Below are positions 12,510-25,119 of a stretch of DNA of 64,000 bases, one piece after another. The stretch covers positions 5,580,001 to 5,644,000 of the forward strand of contig NC_043015.1 in NCBI RefSeq assembly GCF_006345805.1, written 5' to 3'. The translations under genes and the position numbers were made by a program. This DNA comes from Octopus sinensis (lineage: Eukaryota). Within the stretch, counting starts at the first letter, position 1. Each line of letters starts with the position of its first letter. Below the pieces are notes generated by a model, which was not told the DNA's origin, did not search any database, and was given only the letters and a program-made list of their open reading frames with translations.

Positions 12510-12725
12510 AAGAGGAGACCTGGCAAAACATTTAGCGTACCGGACAAAATACCTAGCGTTATTTCATCCGTCTTTAAGTTCTGAGTTCCAGTTTTGCAGA
12601 GCTTGATCTTGCTTGGCCTTACGGGGATGAGGAAATAAAGTGCCAGTGAACCACGGGGATTGATGCAATTGACTAACCCTCTGTCCCAAAACTTCAGGAT
12701 TTTCCCCTATAGTAGAATGGTTTAT
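12510..12725 (+). mobile_element. SINE-B, degenerate
   Basis: CTGGCAAAAC..TAGCG..GTTCTGAGTTC..AAATAAAGTGCCAG. Confidence 0.6.
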
Positions 12726-13299
12726 TATTATTTATGTTGTAGTTGTTTTTGGCGGTGCCGTAGTTAGTAGTGATGTTGTTGTCGATGTTATAATTATTGG
12801 TGAATCGGATCGGTAGAGAGTCGGACAAAACAGCATATGATAAATCATATGGCTATTTATGTTTTCAGTTCAAAACGCGTCAAGAGTATCATTGGTTTTC
12901 ATGTTTTCCATGTCGATGAAATAAAGTACGTGCCAAATACTGGACCCGATAGAATCAGAAAAATGCTTCCTTGGATGCTAGCATAGGGAGAGATCTGGTG
13001 GCCATAGATTTGATCATAATTTCCAAGAATAGGGTTTACAGTCGAATCACCTGTTCTGGTTCTAAACTACGAGCATTGCTTTCACGTGCCAGACCGTTTT
13101 AACTCTTGGCAGATATCTACTGCCACCTGCGACAGAACAGGGGGATATCCAGGTCAATGAACTAAGGAGTGGACTCCCCAGTGAGTTGGGACGGAAAAAA
13201 GAGTGTGTACATTGATCATCTTAAATCACAAATTTCACAATCTTAGTCATAGTTTTACCGAAGAAGTTATCGTTCATCATCAATATTTTGAATAGCGAT

Positions 13300-14230
13300 A
13301 CGAATCTATCCACGACAAGTTTTATTTCATAAGACACGTCGTCGAAATCATAGGTGAACAACTTGGAAAGATTAGCGCCTTCATCAGCTTAGTTCAATCA
13401 AGAGCTTTCCAGTTGTTTAACCCTCAATATTTGGCGGTTTTCATATCAGCAGCCGATTTCAGCCTAGATTTCTTTAGATTGATCGATGCAATGTGCAATG
13501 AGATTGAATAGCTGTTAGATTGAATGGTTACCAATCGGTATTATTCACTGTTATGCGCTCTGTTCGTCAAATTTGTCTGATCTCGTTACTTCTTTATATG
13601 TTGACTGTGTATTTGTAGTGCCCTTATTGCGGAAAATGCAGATATTGAAGAGCAATACATGTGAACGAGGATTTAGAAGTTATTTTTCGACATCAGAGGA
13701 CATCACTATTTATGTATCTGACTAGATAGCCTTCTCCGGTGTATTTCAGGCCCGCTTTGCTACCAGATTTCAACGCTGGTTCGCGATAGACAATGTTTAC
13801 AGATCGACAAAGTTCACATTCATGTGCATACGAGATTCGTAATGAGAGACGTAATTATTATGGACTTGGAAGTACTCAACTACTTCCCGAATATTACAGA
13901 ACACTGCTGTTGATTGTATTCAGTGAAAGCTTCACGTTGCTTTCTGCTACACCGTGAAGGACAGGGTGTCATTATCCTTTGGTAGCTTTGGAAAAAAGGG
14001 GTTGTATTGGTAAACATAACTGCAATTATTGAATATAGATACCTTTTTCTTTGACCAAGATATCAACTTTTCCAAATTGCACTTGAGAATGTAAGCAAGC
14101 ATAGAGAAAGAGAATGATGCTTCCGAGAAAATTTGATCAGCCCTGCTCAATAGAAATCTTTCGATGGCAGCGATCACGGGTATCAGATGGCAATTATTAG
14201 GTTTCGTTCGCATTTTCAGATTACTGATGC
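13300..14230 (-). pseudogene. LINE reverse-transcriptase remnant (CR1/L2/Jockey-like)
   Basis: PNNCHLIPVIAAIERFL resembles PSNYRPISL.S.ISK.E; REAFTEY resembles SKAFDRV; SDVL resembles SGVPQG. Motifs are in the expected order with many stops. By eye only. Confidence 0.4.
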
Positions 14231-14559
14231 CATAATGTACAGGGATATCAGTTTATTGGTTGAGGTAAATAATCACGTGCCTTAACATTCATTGTTATGC
14301 GTTCTCTACAGCTCTTCACTTTGCCACAACTCTACCTCGTGATAGGGCACCTGGTTTTACGGCATCGTCATTCTATAGAGGATTACTGACGAACAAAATC
14401 TCATGCTATTCTCGGGAAATTTATAGTCGTCGGTGAATAGCAGCTTATCAGACAGTCCCCAACCTTTACCAGGCCACGATCAAAGCCTAATTTCTAGAAA
14501 TCCCACACCTGGTACTACCCTCGATATTCACTATTTGTTCAACAGAAACAAAGGTGCCA

Positions 14560-15060
14560 ATCATATCATTCCATTTTTAGCTTCGTATATTTTGAATCTT
14601 GTTTCCTTGATACCCACCCTCATTTTAACTGAGACTGCACATCAATAATCTTACGTGTTTTGTTCTTTCCTTCAGTTTCCTACTATGAAACATGGTTTCC
14701 TTCTACCTAGTATAATTATTCTTTTTTAAGAAGTCCCATGAACTCCTTTAATTATGAATTTTAATTTACCCTTTCGACTCGTGTCAATACCTTTTTCATT
14801 TCTTCAATCACAAAGACTTGGCTAACATTTCAATGTCCCCTTTTCCCAGTACAATCACCCTGTACTTATACTCTTTGGTTGTTAGTTTACATCGCACACT
14901 TCAGAGATATTCAAAACTTCTGATTCCTTTTCTACTTAATCTGCGATTTTTTTCTCCCAATGAGTTTTATCTCTGTTTCAGTCATATTCGTTCTGGTGGG
15001 TTTTTTCCAGGTCAGTTTTCATTACCAATTCCATTTCTCATTTAATGACTCCATTTCTGA
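14560..15060 (-). pseudogene. R4/Dong-like non-LTR remnant (post-RT region)
   Basis: Broken frames KEYKY.., EEMKKV, KFIIKGV (cf. NLIKGINT), LKERTKHVRLLM (cf. LDRKTRKLLTM), EGG. Confidence 0.35.
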
Positions 15061-17619
15061 TGAACTGGCATTCATCACTTCCAAAAACGTAACTTTGCAT
15101 GATTTGGCCATGTTCTAGGTCATTAGCATCTGGTTTTATATTCCTGCTCTGTTTTTATTGAAAACCGTTATCCTTCACTGATTTCTTCGATATATTTAAC
15201 TGGAGAAGCAGTATTACCTTACTGTGCTAAACATAGGTTTTCATTTCCAAATCACGTCGCTGAATGCGCACTACATTTAAGATATCACGTTATTTTTGCT
15301 CACATACTAATAGTAATTGCCTATATTACTTTTAGGATGATGTGTGCCATACATTTGTAGCTGTTCTATCTTTGTGTCTGACCACTGTACATAGGAAGAG
15401 AATATCTGAATACTAGCTTAACCCACTTCCAATGCAAGATCCGGTCCTCGTAGCTGTGTGATGGCTTGTATCATTTACTGAACGTGAGAGCTACACCAGC
15501 AGAGCATAAGATTCTCTTTAGACCTCTCATGCTGGACAGCTCAAAGGACAGCGGTCAGATTAAAGATGATTTCTTCCTAGATGTAAAAATGTGTTTGTGT
15601 GGGGCAAATACACATACCAGGAAATTAGTTACGGAAGTTTTGATAACAACTCAAAACAAACAAGACCTTGCACAAAAAGCAGAAAAGGGGACTCGTAGTA
15701 TAGGACAGTGGAGAAAAGTTGCCGATAGACTACTCTCCATTGGGAGAGAAGGGTATAGAGAAAGACTATCATGATTCATGTGTTGATTACATTGATGCTA
15801 TTAACACCAGTTTCTTTCATGCGCCCTCCTAACCATTCTGCAGGACTCTTAGAATATTTCCTCCTTTTCACTCTTCTTCACCTTATCTTTCATCTCTCCT
15901 ATCTAGTAGATATTAGTAAACATGTCGATTGCAGAAACTGTAAAGGCGCATATAAAATGCTTCGTAGGGGTTATATTTGTCACCTTATTTTCTTAGTTCA
16001 AATCTCGATGAGATCAGTTTTCATTTCCTACGCTTTGGGATCAGTGATGCATATGGAAGGTGGCAAACATCGGGAACAATTTTTTTCCGTCTAAATTTTA
16101 ATAGGCATTGCATATAAAGACACGATATTCTAACATCATTTCCTGCCGGGTTAAAAATTGTTAGAAAATCAACTGATAACACAGGTTTGAAACGTGATGA
16201 AGTTATACAGCTGAACAGAATTAATTCATTCATGAGTGATAAGTGATCACGGTTGCTGTGTGTTTAAACATGCCACACATGCGAGCGCAGAAACCGATTA
16301 AAGCAACAAATAGAATCTTTTATTCTTGATAACAAATTCTTAGTAACGCATTCTTTTTCCCTTTTATATCAATAATAGAATTGATATGAAAGGGAATAGA
16401 ATGCGTTATCACACTTAGAAAGGCTGCTGATTTTGACAACATTCTATTAATATGTTTGCTTAGACAGTTGAAGATAAGATTAGCATACTAGATTATCAAT
16501 GCTTTATAGAACTCTCCACTTTAATCTAAGTGTCAGCAAGAGCGCAAAATATGGCACTCAAAGCATTACACACTATCTCTATCCTTTCTGATCATCAAAT
16601 AGCAGCAGAAAATCAATGTAGCGATTGCTATCATTCCAAATACTCTAGCAAAATTCTGTATATAAAGTGGATTAGATTATTTAGATTCCATATTCTATCT
16701 GAGACACAATTCATATATTCACATAGCACAAAACGTTTGCTATGGTAAACCTTCCCTGTAGGAAGTCTTTAAGATTAATATTCCCATGGTGTTAACTATA
16801 TTAAATATCGTTATAATAATGAAAGATATTATACCTTAGATAAACAAAGTGTAATTTATTTCAAAGACACCCAATGTATAGAGACACGTACGCTGATTCT
16901 ATTGAGTTACACAACGTTTCGAATGTGGCTGTCACATGTTCCGAGAAATATTTGATTACCCAAAGAATAAAAAATATATAGTATAAGTACGTCGTGCAAC
17001 GAAAATATGTTGGAAATTAATTCTTGAAAACGAAAATCTTTTACCATAAAGCAGTATTAAATATTAAAATTTTCTACTGACATAACTGAAAATTAGGATG
17101 GTGTTGGATACAGTTCATTTCAGATAATACAGTTTATACATTCCTGAAACATAAGAAAAACAGTTACAACACACTGAACATACACACAGACACACACACA
17201 CACATACGCACACACACTGAACATACACACACACATATATGTAACGTAGGATAGCGTTTTAATTAAAATATCACATGCTTGAGGACTTATAAGCTGTAAT
17301 CAGTTGAATTATGAAAACTGCAGAATATAAAAAGAAAAAAATGTTTCTGAAACGAAATATGAATCAGCGGTTCAATTTGAAGGCTAAAAAATTAACGTTT
17401 TGCCAGAATCGAGAAAAATAACATTAAATAGTAACAAGTGGAGGTCAGAAGAATTAGACTCTGCTAATTAAAAAATCACGTGAATCATCATTACAATTCC
17501 CTTGCAAATTTAACTGGATTTCTCTTCATCAGAAATGTATTTAAGGTAACACACTGATGTACAAGATTCATCGGAATATTAATTTCAAATTTTAGTATAA
17601 GGCCAGCAAGTTCAGGAGA

Positions 17620-17775
17620 AGTTGTAAGTGGATTACATCGACACCAATACTCAACTGTTACTTCTATCGACCCCTAAATGACGAAAGACAAAGTCGACAT
17701 TAGTGAAGTTGAAACACGGAACGTAAAGGCAGGCGAAATACCACTAAGCATTTACCAATTCCGCCAGCTCGTCGC
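17620..17775 (-). mobile_element. SINE-B, degenerate
   Basis: TATCGACCCC..GACAAAGTCGAC..CACTAAGCATTT..CCAGCTCG.CGCC. Confidence 0.75.
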
Positions 17776-17835
17776 CATAAGATTGACCAAAATATCGGTT
17801 TCAAATTTTGGCCAGCAATTTCTGGGAAGTGGGTA

Positions 17836-17934
17836 TATATAGAGAAACTATGCCTCCAGCGGATCAAGCTGATAGAAACATGGGACTGATAGAACAAAAA
17901 AAAATTAATATCAAACAGAAATAGAGCTACATTA
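17836..17934 (+). repeat. 99-bp direct duplicate of 19276-19374
   Basis: One mismatch, offset exactly 1440 bp. Confidence 0.95.
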
Positions 17935-19368
17935 GTGTCTTGGGGAAAGCAAGTCAAACATTTAAGGCAACTTAGATCTTGTGGTACTTTGTTTCCTGCA
18001 AAATGAGGCATCTCCATAATATCATAAAAATGTAAAGCCCTAATTTTTTATGAGCTGTTGAAAAACTGGTAAATTTCATAACGAGATTCAGCACTTTCAT
18101 CGGACCTCATATCACCAGATATTTTTATGGGGTTATACAGAACATAATGTTCACAGAACTAAAACTGGCTAAACAGTCGTTGAATACTTAAGGAGATGAG
18201 TGTGTATGCCTTCCTGTGTGAATGTGTTTGTGAGAAAGTTCGTGTGTTTTAACTATACAATACGATCCAATGCAGAAAAGTAATATTTTTAAAACTTAGA
18301 CTTCTTCTTCCTGAGGTAAATGGAACAGGCATTTTGTGTTGTAGTATAACGACAGATTTAGCGCAAAATATAGTCTGACACTTCCTTATGTTGAAGCAGT
18401 TATGTACTACATAACTTAATGTTTTTACATCCATATAAACATCCAGATATTATAAAATGTTAAACGGACGCTGAACATGTGAAAAATAAACCGTTTCCTT
18501 ACTCGCTTTAAGGACTAAATCACTATGGATTTCTTTTCAAACGTGTTTTAAAGTAAATCCTGAGTATGAATACCTAATCATTTTAAATCTATATTACGTG
18601 TTATAATACAGAAGATAGAAGAAACAGAACAATGCCTATATGATCCTGTCCTTAACACACACAACACAACACACACACACACACACACGCATACGCACAT
18701 ACACACACTCTTACACGAACACACATAAGTACACATACAAAGCATTTAGCGTAGAGTTTTTAACGCCTAGTCTGTAGAAAGTGAAAATATACCATTGTTT
18801 TACCCATTGCACACACAAAATTAAGATTATCTTGACATGTTTCATAGTTAGTTGACCGCTGGTCAAATGATAAACACCATTTAACCTTTTGCATTCGAAG
18901 ACAATTTTGATTGCGATCGATATTTAAATCAGTAACTAATCAGAAACTAACCGAAATAGCTACAATATTTTGAATATCGTGCTTTAGACGGCAGCCTGAA
19001 TAAATTCTCCATGAATATTTCATACTCAAACAGCATGGATTAGATGTAAATGATGCGGTTGCACTGAAGTGTCAATGGTGTGTGCAGTAAGCAAATGTGA
19101 ATTGTTCAACTTATTCTTCTCGAAATCTTGATATAAGAATAGCTTGAAGGGAACTGATAACAGCATAGAGAAAGCTACTTCTAAATTTATCAAAGTCCTA
19201 CAGGTATACCACAAGATTTAGCAACACAACTAAACAACATGTCCTCATAGAGTTACTGTTTTTCGAATGCAGCTTTATATAGAGAAACTATGCCTCCAGC
19301 GGATCAAGCTGATTGAAACATGGGACTGATAGAACAAAAAAAAATTAATATCAAACAGAAATAGAGCT

Positions 19369-19730
19369 ACATTATTTACATTATTTACATTTGACGGATA
19401 TTTGTCCTCACCTCGGTTTGTTGTTAACACAACGTTTCGGCTGATATACCCCACAGCCTTCTTCAGGTGTCTTGGCGAAATTTCGAACCTGGGTTCCCAT
19501 CCGCCAACGACCTGTGAGAAGCTCGAAGGTCAGAGAATAAAGAATGAGAATGTGAATGAGAACCCAGGAATGAGAACCCAGGTTCGAATTGTCCCCAAGA
19601 CATCTGATGTAGCCTGGCGGCTATATGAGCCGAAACGTTGTGTTAGCAACAAACAAGACGAGAACAAATATCCGTCGAATGTAAATAATGTAAATAACGT
19701 AAATAATTCCTCATTTCTTAAATGTAGAAC
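19369..19730. mobile_element. Palindromic (fold-back) PLE-pLTR-like element
   Basis: Arms of about 125 bp (about 19369-19500 and 19567-19707) are inverted repeats with (ACATTATTT)n ends. AACAGAAATAGAG(C/G)TA occurs at 19354-19369 and 19728-19743 as a candidate TSD. Confidence 0.8.
19426..19471 (-). ncRNA. Minimal type-I hammerhead ribozyme fold (left arm)
   Basis: GACAC CUGAAGA A GGCUG-loop-CAGCC GAAA CGUU GUGUU, intact. Confidence 0.7.
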
Positions 19731-19967
19731 AGAAATAGAGGTAGTTCCAGCATAGAGGTTGGCCGCTTGTCGTGCAGCAAGCGACTATTTCTAATCGATA
19801 TAGGAAGTGAGCATAAGAGCTATCAATATTTCAAGCATATATAAACTAGGAAACATTATTTTCACATACGTACTATGAAGACGCCGTTCATATCAACAAC
19901 ATCATACATGTTTTGGCTACTACTGTTCTAACGGTATCTAGTATATTGCAATATTTTTGTCCAGAAA

Positions 19968-20800
19968 GGCGGCGAGCTGGCAGATTCGTTAGCACGCCGG
20001 GCGAAAAGCTTTGCGGTATTTCGTCTGCCGCTACGTTCTGAGTTCAAATCCTGCCTTTCATCCTTTCGGAGTCGATTAAATAAGTACTAGTTACGCACTG
20101 GAGTCGATATAATCAACTTAATCAGTTTGTCGGTCCTTGTTTGTCTTCTCTGTGTTTAGCCCCTTGTGGGTAGTAAAGAAATAGATATTTCGTCTGTCTT
20201 TACGTTTTGAGTTCAAATTCTGCCGAGGTCAACATTGCCTTTCATCCTTTGGGGGTCGATAAATTAAGTACCAGTTATGCACTGGTGTCAATGTAATCGG
20301 ATTAATCCCTTTGTCTGACCTTGTTTATCCCCTCTATGTTTAGCCCCTTGTGGGCAATAAAGAAATAAGAAACGACAGCACGCCGGGCGAAATTCTTAGT
20401 GGTATTTCGTCTGTCTTTACATTCTGAATTTATATTCTGCCGAGGTCGACTTTGCCTTTCATCCTTCGGAGTCGATAAATCAAATACCAGTTGCATACGG
20501 GAGTCGATCTAATCGACTGGCCCCCCACTCCCCCAAAATTTCGGGCCTTGTGCCTAGAGCAGAAAGGAATATTTCTGACCACATTAATACGGTGAGCTGA
20601 TAGATTCGTTAGCAGGCTTGGCGAAATGCTTAGAGGCATTTTTCATCAGTCTTGATGTTCGGAATTCAAATTCTGTCTAGGTCCATATTGTTTTTCACCG
20701 CTTTGGGGTCGATAAAATAAGTACCAGTTCTGCACTAGGGTCAATGTAATCTGCTTACCCTCCATCAAATGTGCTAGCCTTGAGCCAAAATCTGAAACCA
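19968..20800 (+). mobile_element. Cluster of four SINE-B units (dimer 19968-20370, then 20378-20575 and 20590-20800)
   Basis: GGCGGCGAGCTGGCAG head and CCTTTCATCCTTT.GGGGTCGATAAA..AGTACCAG core, which resembles the MetaSINE central domain. Confidence 0.85.
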
Positions 20801-20819
20801 ATATAAATGCCCACACTAA

Positions 20820-21418
20820 GGCGGTGATCTGGCAGAACCGTTAGCACGCCGGACGAAATGCTTAGCGGTATTTCGTCTGCCACTACGTTCTGAGTTCAAA
20901 TTTCGCCGAGGTCGACTTTGCCTTTCATCCTTTCAGGGTCGATTAAATAAGTACCAGTTAAGCACTTGGGTCGATATAATCGACTTAATACTTATGTCTG
21001 TCTTTGTTTGTCCCCTCTGTGTTTAGCCCCTTGTGGGTAATAAAGAAATAGGTATTTCGTCTGCCGCTACGTTCTGAGTTCAAATTCCGCCGAGGTCGAC
21101 TTTGACTTTCATCCTTTCAGGGTCGATTAAATAAGTACCAGTTAAGCACTTGGGTCGATATAATCGACTTAATACCTATGTCTGTCTTTGTTTGTCCCCT
21201 CTGTGTTTAGCCCCTTGTGGGTAATAAAGAAATAGGTATTTCGTCTGCCGCTACGTTCTGAGTTCAAATTCCGCCGAGGTCGACTTTGCCTTTCATCCTT
21301 TCGGGGTCGATTAAATAAGTACCAGTTAAGCACTTGGGTCGATATAATCGATTTAATCTGTTTGTCTGTCCGTGTTTGTCCCCTCTGTGTGTAGCACCTT
21401 GGGGGCAGTAAAGAAATA
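20820..21418 (+). mobile_element. SINE-B head plus three tandem 184-bp units
   Basis: Units start at 20867, 21051 and 21235; units 1 and 2 differ at 4 positions. Confidence 0.95.
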
Positions 21419-21544
21419 AGAATCTTTATCATGAAAATACAAGATCTGATCTGGAATCAACAATTTAAAGCAAGATTGTTAGCTTCAGTAATATTCCTTC
21501 AATAATTTGGAAAATGCCAGCAATTTTTTTTTATCAGGAAGAGT

Positions 21545-22520
21545 ATGGCAGTTACATCGATCCCTGTGCTCAGCTGATACTTATTTTATTAACCCCGAAA
21601 TGATGAAATGTAAACAGTACCTTCACGACATTTGATCCCGGAATGTAAATCGGAAAAAAATGCATCCAAGTATTTTTTTTGTCTGTCGTGCTAAATATGT
21701 TGCCAGAACGCCGCCCTATTTTGAGTAATATGAGAAATATTTATTCATGGAAGTTGGCCTAATAAATTTGGAAAAAAATTAAAGCTTCGTCTCTTTCGAC
21801 AGGCATCAATGAGTCATCAACGCCGTCCAATAATCCAAACTGGCTACGTTCGTCTTTACATTTTCAGATCAAATTAGGCCGAGGCCAGCTTTGTCTCTGA
21901 TTATTTTCAGTGTCAATAAAAGAAGTACCAGAATGCAGCGAGCTGGCAAAAACGTTAGAACGCCGGGCGAAATGCTTAGTGGTATTTCGTCTAAAAATTT
22001 ACGTCTTGAGTTCAAATACTGCCGAGGTCGACTTTGCTTTTCTTCCTTTTGGGGTCGATAAATTAAGTGCCAGTTGCGTACTGGGATTGAACTAATCAAC
22101 TGGCTCCCTCCTTCTGCCTAGTAATCAGTAATATTATCCTTTAAGACAACTAAGTTTCAGAATGGTTAGCACGCTGGGGAAATGCTTAGAAGCTTTTCGT
22201 CCGTCTTTATTTTCTGTGATAAAATTCCGCCTAAGTTGATTGTCCTCAAAAAATAAATACCAATTAGAAACTGTGGTCGATGCAATCGAACTGCAACCTT
22301 CTCCTCAATTGTTAGCCTTTTGATAAATTTTTTGAAACCTGTAGTATAATCCTTTCAGCTATAGTCAGAAAGCACAACATTTTGGGGGAAGAAGCTAGTC
22401 GAATACAATGAACCCAGTGCTCATCTGGTACTGATTTCATCGACCTAGAAAGGATGAAAAAGAATATCGACCTCAGAGGCATTGGAAAACAGCTGAAGAA
22501 ATGCAGCTGCGTATCTAGTC
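21545..22520. mobile_element. Further degenerate SINE-B copies (21545-21715 minus, 21935-22110 plus, 22160-22320 plus, 22385-22520 minus)
   Basis: Recognisable head and core blocks in both orientations. Confidence 0.7.
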
Positions 22521-23978
22521 AAGTTTGCTAATGAGTCGCTACAGTAATATAATGAGATATACAATGAATATCAATTTCTCGCAAAAAGCACAAATTGCCT
22601 ATTCGCGGTGATGGCCTCATAAATTACATTTATGAAATTAGAAATAGTTTATAAGTTTAATCCAATTTTATTGCCTCTGTATTCAGTATCGCCAAATCAA
22701 GGCAGAAATTTTTGCCAGTCTCGAATACTTAGCAAACTAATTTATAATTTACATACACATATTCAGCGGAAATACATTTTCTATCAGTGTTAGTGTATTT
22801 AAGTGTATTATATAAATGGCTGAATGTATTGCATTGTAGATGGAACATTAAATTGAGTTTCTTTCGATCGAATGTTAATAGAACGAAAGAACAGTAAATG
22901 TTTTTCCTCTCCACATCACAAATTTCATGTGGATACATATTCAACAACCTCAAAACACTTAGCAAAAACTGTTTCTGATAAAATCAAGGGATTTAACTAT
23001 AACAGAATTCTGCTTTCTAAATAAATTAGAACTATCGGTTCACAATCAAGCGTCATGTATTTGCCTCCTAATCATACTATTAATTCTAAAGCATTTCCTA
23101 TTTGTATCGATTTAAATATTCAATACACTGATTCTATCTTAATGTTAGATACATTTTCTATGAGTGTGTGATGTTGTTTAATGTGTTATTTCTTATAACT
23201 CTGCTGCGTTGGTTGCGGAGATATATGTCTGTTATTTGAAAGAAATGTTCCTATCTTTCAGAATTTATTTTGTATATAACGAATGTTAAATGTCAATAAG
23301 GATGGTGAAGTGTGAACATTTTATTTGATTATCTTCTTTAGAACATGTTCGTTAGTTTTATAAGGAAAATTCATTTATTTTTTTGCAGTGAAACGTGTGT
23401 ATATTATCTGATGTGAGTATCATTTGGAGTAAAAGCGCTGTATATTTATTTATTTATTTGTTTATTATTAATCGTTTATTTATTTATTTTGTTGCAATTC
23501 AATTCTGATATTACTTTCTTTCTTTTTTTCATTCAATCTTTGAATTTTTTTTTTTTTTACTACAATGTCATGCTTTTGTGGTACAGTTCAGTGTCGTATG
23601 CTATTAACTTAAGTATTTTTTTTACTGATGTTTTATGTTAATATTTAAAACATTGGTGAGTGCATTTAGTTTTATAGTATTGTTGTGGGTATAAATATAT
23701 ACATCTGTTGCATACCTAAACCGTTCTCACAGATTCGAGTAAATTTTATATTACGCAGTGTTAAGTGAATCAGATATAAATTCTCTCTATCAATAGATCG
23801 CTATACTCTGGCAACGAGTTGTTATTTACTGTTTGTAAAAGTAAACCTAAGAGCTATAAAGCGATTACATTTTTAAAACACCTTTTCTCTCGCAGGTACA
23901 CTACGCTTCTTATTAAGATTAAGTACATTTTGTGTCATAACTATTTTTTCCCGCCCGAATCAACATTAGGCTTAACAG

Positions 23979-24375
23979 TAGGCGTAGGAGTGGTTTTGCT
24001 GTAAGTAGCTTGCTTACCAACCACATGGTTCCGGGTTCAGTCCCACCGCGTGGCATCTTCGGCAAGTGTTTTCTACCATAGCCTCGGGCCGACCAAAGCC
24101 TTGTGAGTGGATTTGGTAGACGGAAACTGAAAGAAGCCCGTTGTATATATATATATGTGTGTGTATGTACATGTTTGTGTCTGTGTTTCTCACCCCAACA
24201 TCGCTTGACAACCGATGCTGGTGTGTTTATGTCCCCGTAACTTAGCGGTTCGGCAAAAGAGCCCGATACAATAAGTACTAGGCTTACAAAGAATAAGTCC
24301 TGGGGTCGATTTGGTCGACTAAAGGCGGTGCTCCAGCATGGCCGCAGTCAAATTACTGAAACAAGTAAAATAGTA
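23979..24375 (+). mobile_element. SINE-A, full length
   Basis: TAGGCGTAGGAGTGG head through GAAACAAGTAAAA tail. Confidence 0.92.
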
Positions 24376-25119
24376 TAACAATATTATTTTTGTCATTCCT
24401 TCTTTGCTTATGTTTGTATTGTTTCATGCTGATGTAAATTACTGCTGTCTAAGGAATACATAAGGCATATGAGATAAGTGAAGAATATAAAGCATATGAA
24501 GATGATAACTTTAAGAAGAATATTTCTTCAAGCCTATCAAAGCCTGCAACCATGGACGCAACGCTTTCTTCCCACATACATCACTCATAATTTTAACGGA
24601 TGTGTAAACAAGACTGCATTTCATAAATATGGATTGTTGAAATCGGCTATGATGTTCTAAGCACTCAAAACATAATTTATTCCTATACAAACATATCTCA
24701 GCTGACTCTCCCCGGCTTACTTATACGAAACTAAATTACGCTATAAGTTTTCTAGTCGAATTCTCAAGGAGTAATATTCGTATCACCATTAGCTCCATTC
24801 TTCTCTTTAAAAATATTATATTTTGAAAATACCTCACAGGAAAGACGTTAATTTAAAAAAATTAAGAAAGAAATCCTTAAAATGAGTAACAAACACCAGA
24901 GTGTAAATATAGTTGATCGCGTTGAGACCAGCCTCTGTTTTAACAGAAAATAACCCAAGGTATTTTGCAAGGCGTTGGTTCTCAATGTTCTTACTATAGT
25001 TGATATTATTCAGTAGCTCTAACTTAGCTCAAACCTATGATTAAATACATCACAACTGTCATTCCGCAGCCTTTCATTTTCATACATCTATGATTAATTT
25101 ACACAAAACATGCTTTTGT

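Noticed and set aside
15466-16094. Abutting 102-aa and 107-aa ORFs
   Set aside because: No domain similarity; they lie next to decayed LINE sequence and such lengths arise by chance.
16907-16950. GAAACGUUGUG with a stem II-like hairpin on the minus strand
   Set aside because: CUGANGA core is absent; at best a dead relic.
17836-19374. LTR/TRIM element bounded by the 99-bp direct repeats
   Set aside because: No TG..CA ends, primer-binding site, polypurine tract or TSD.
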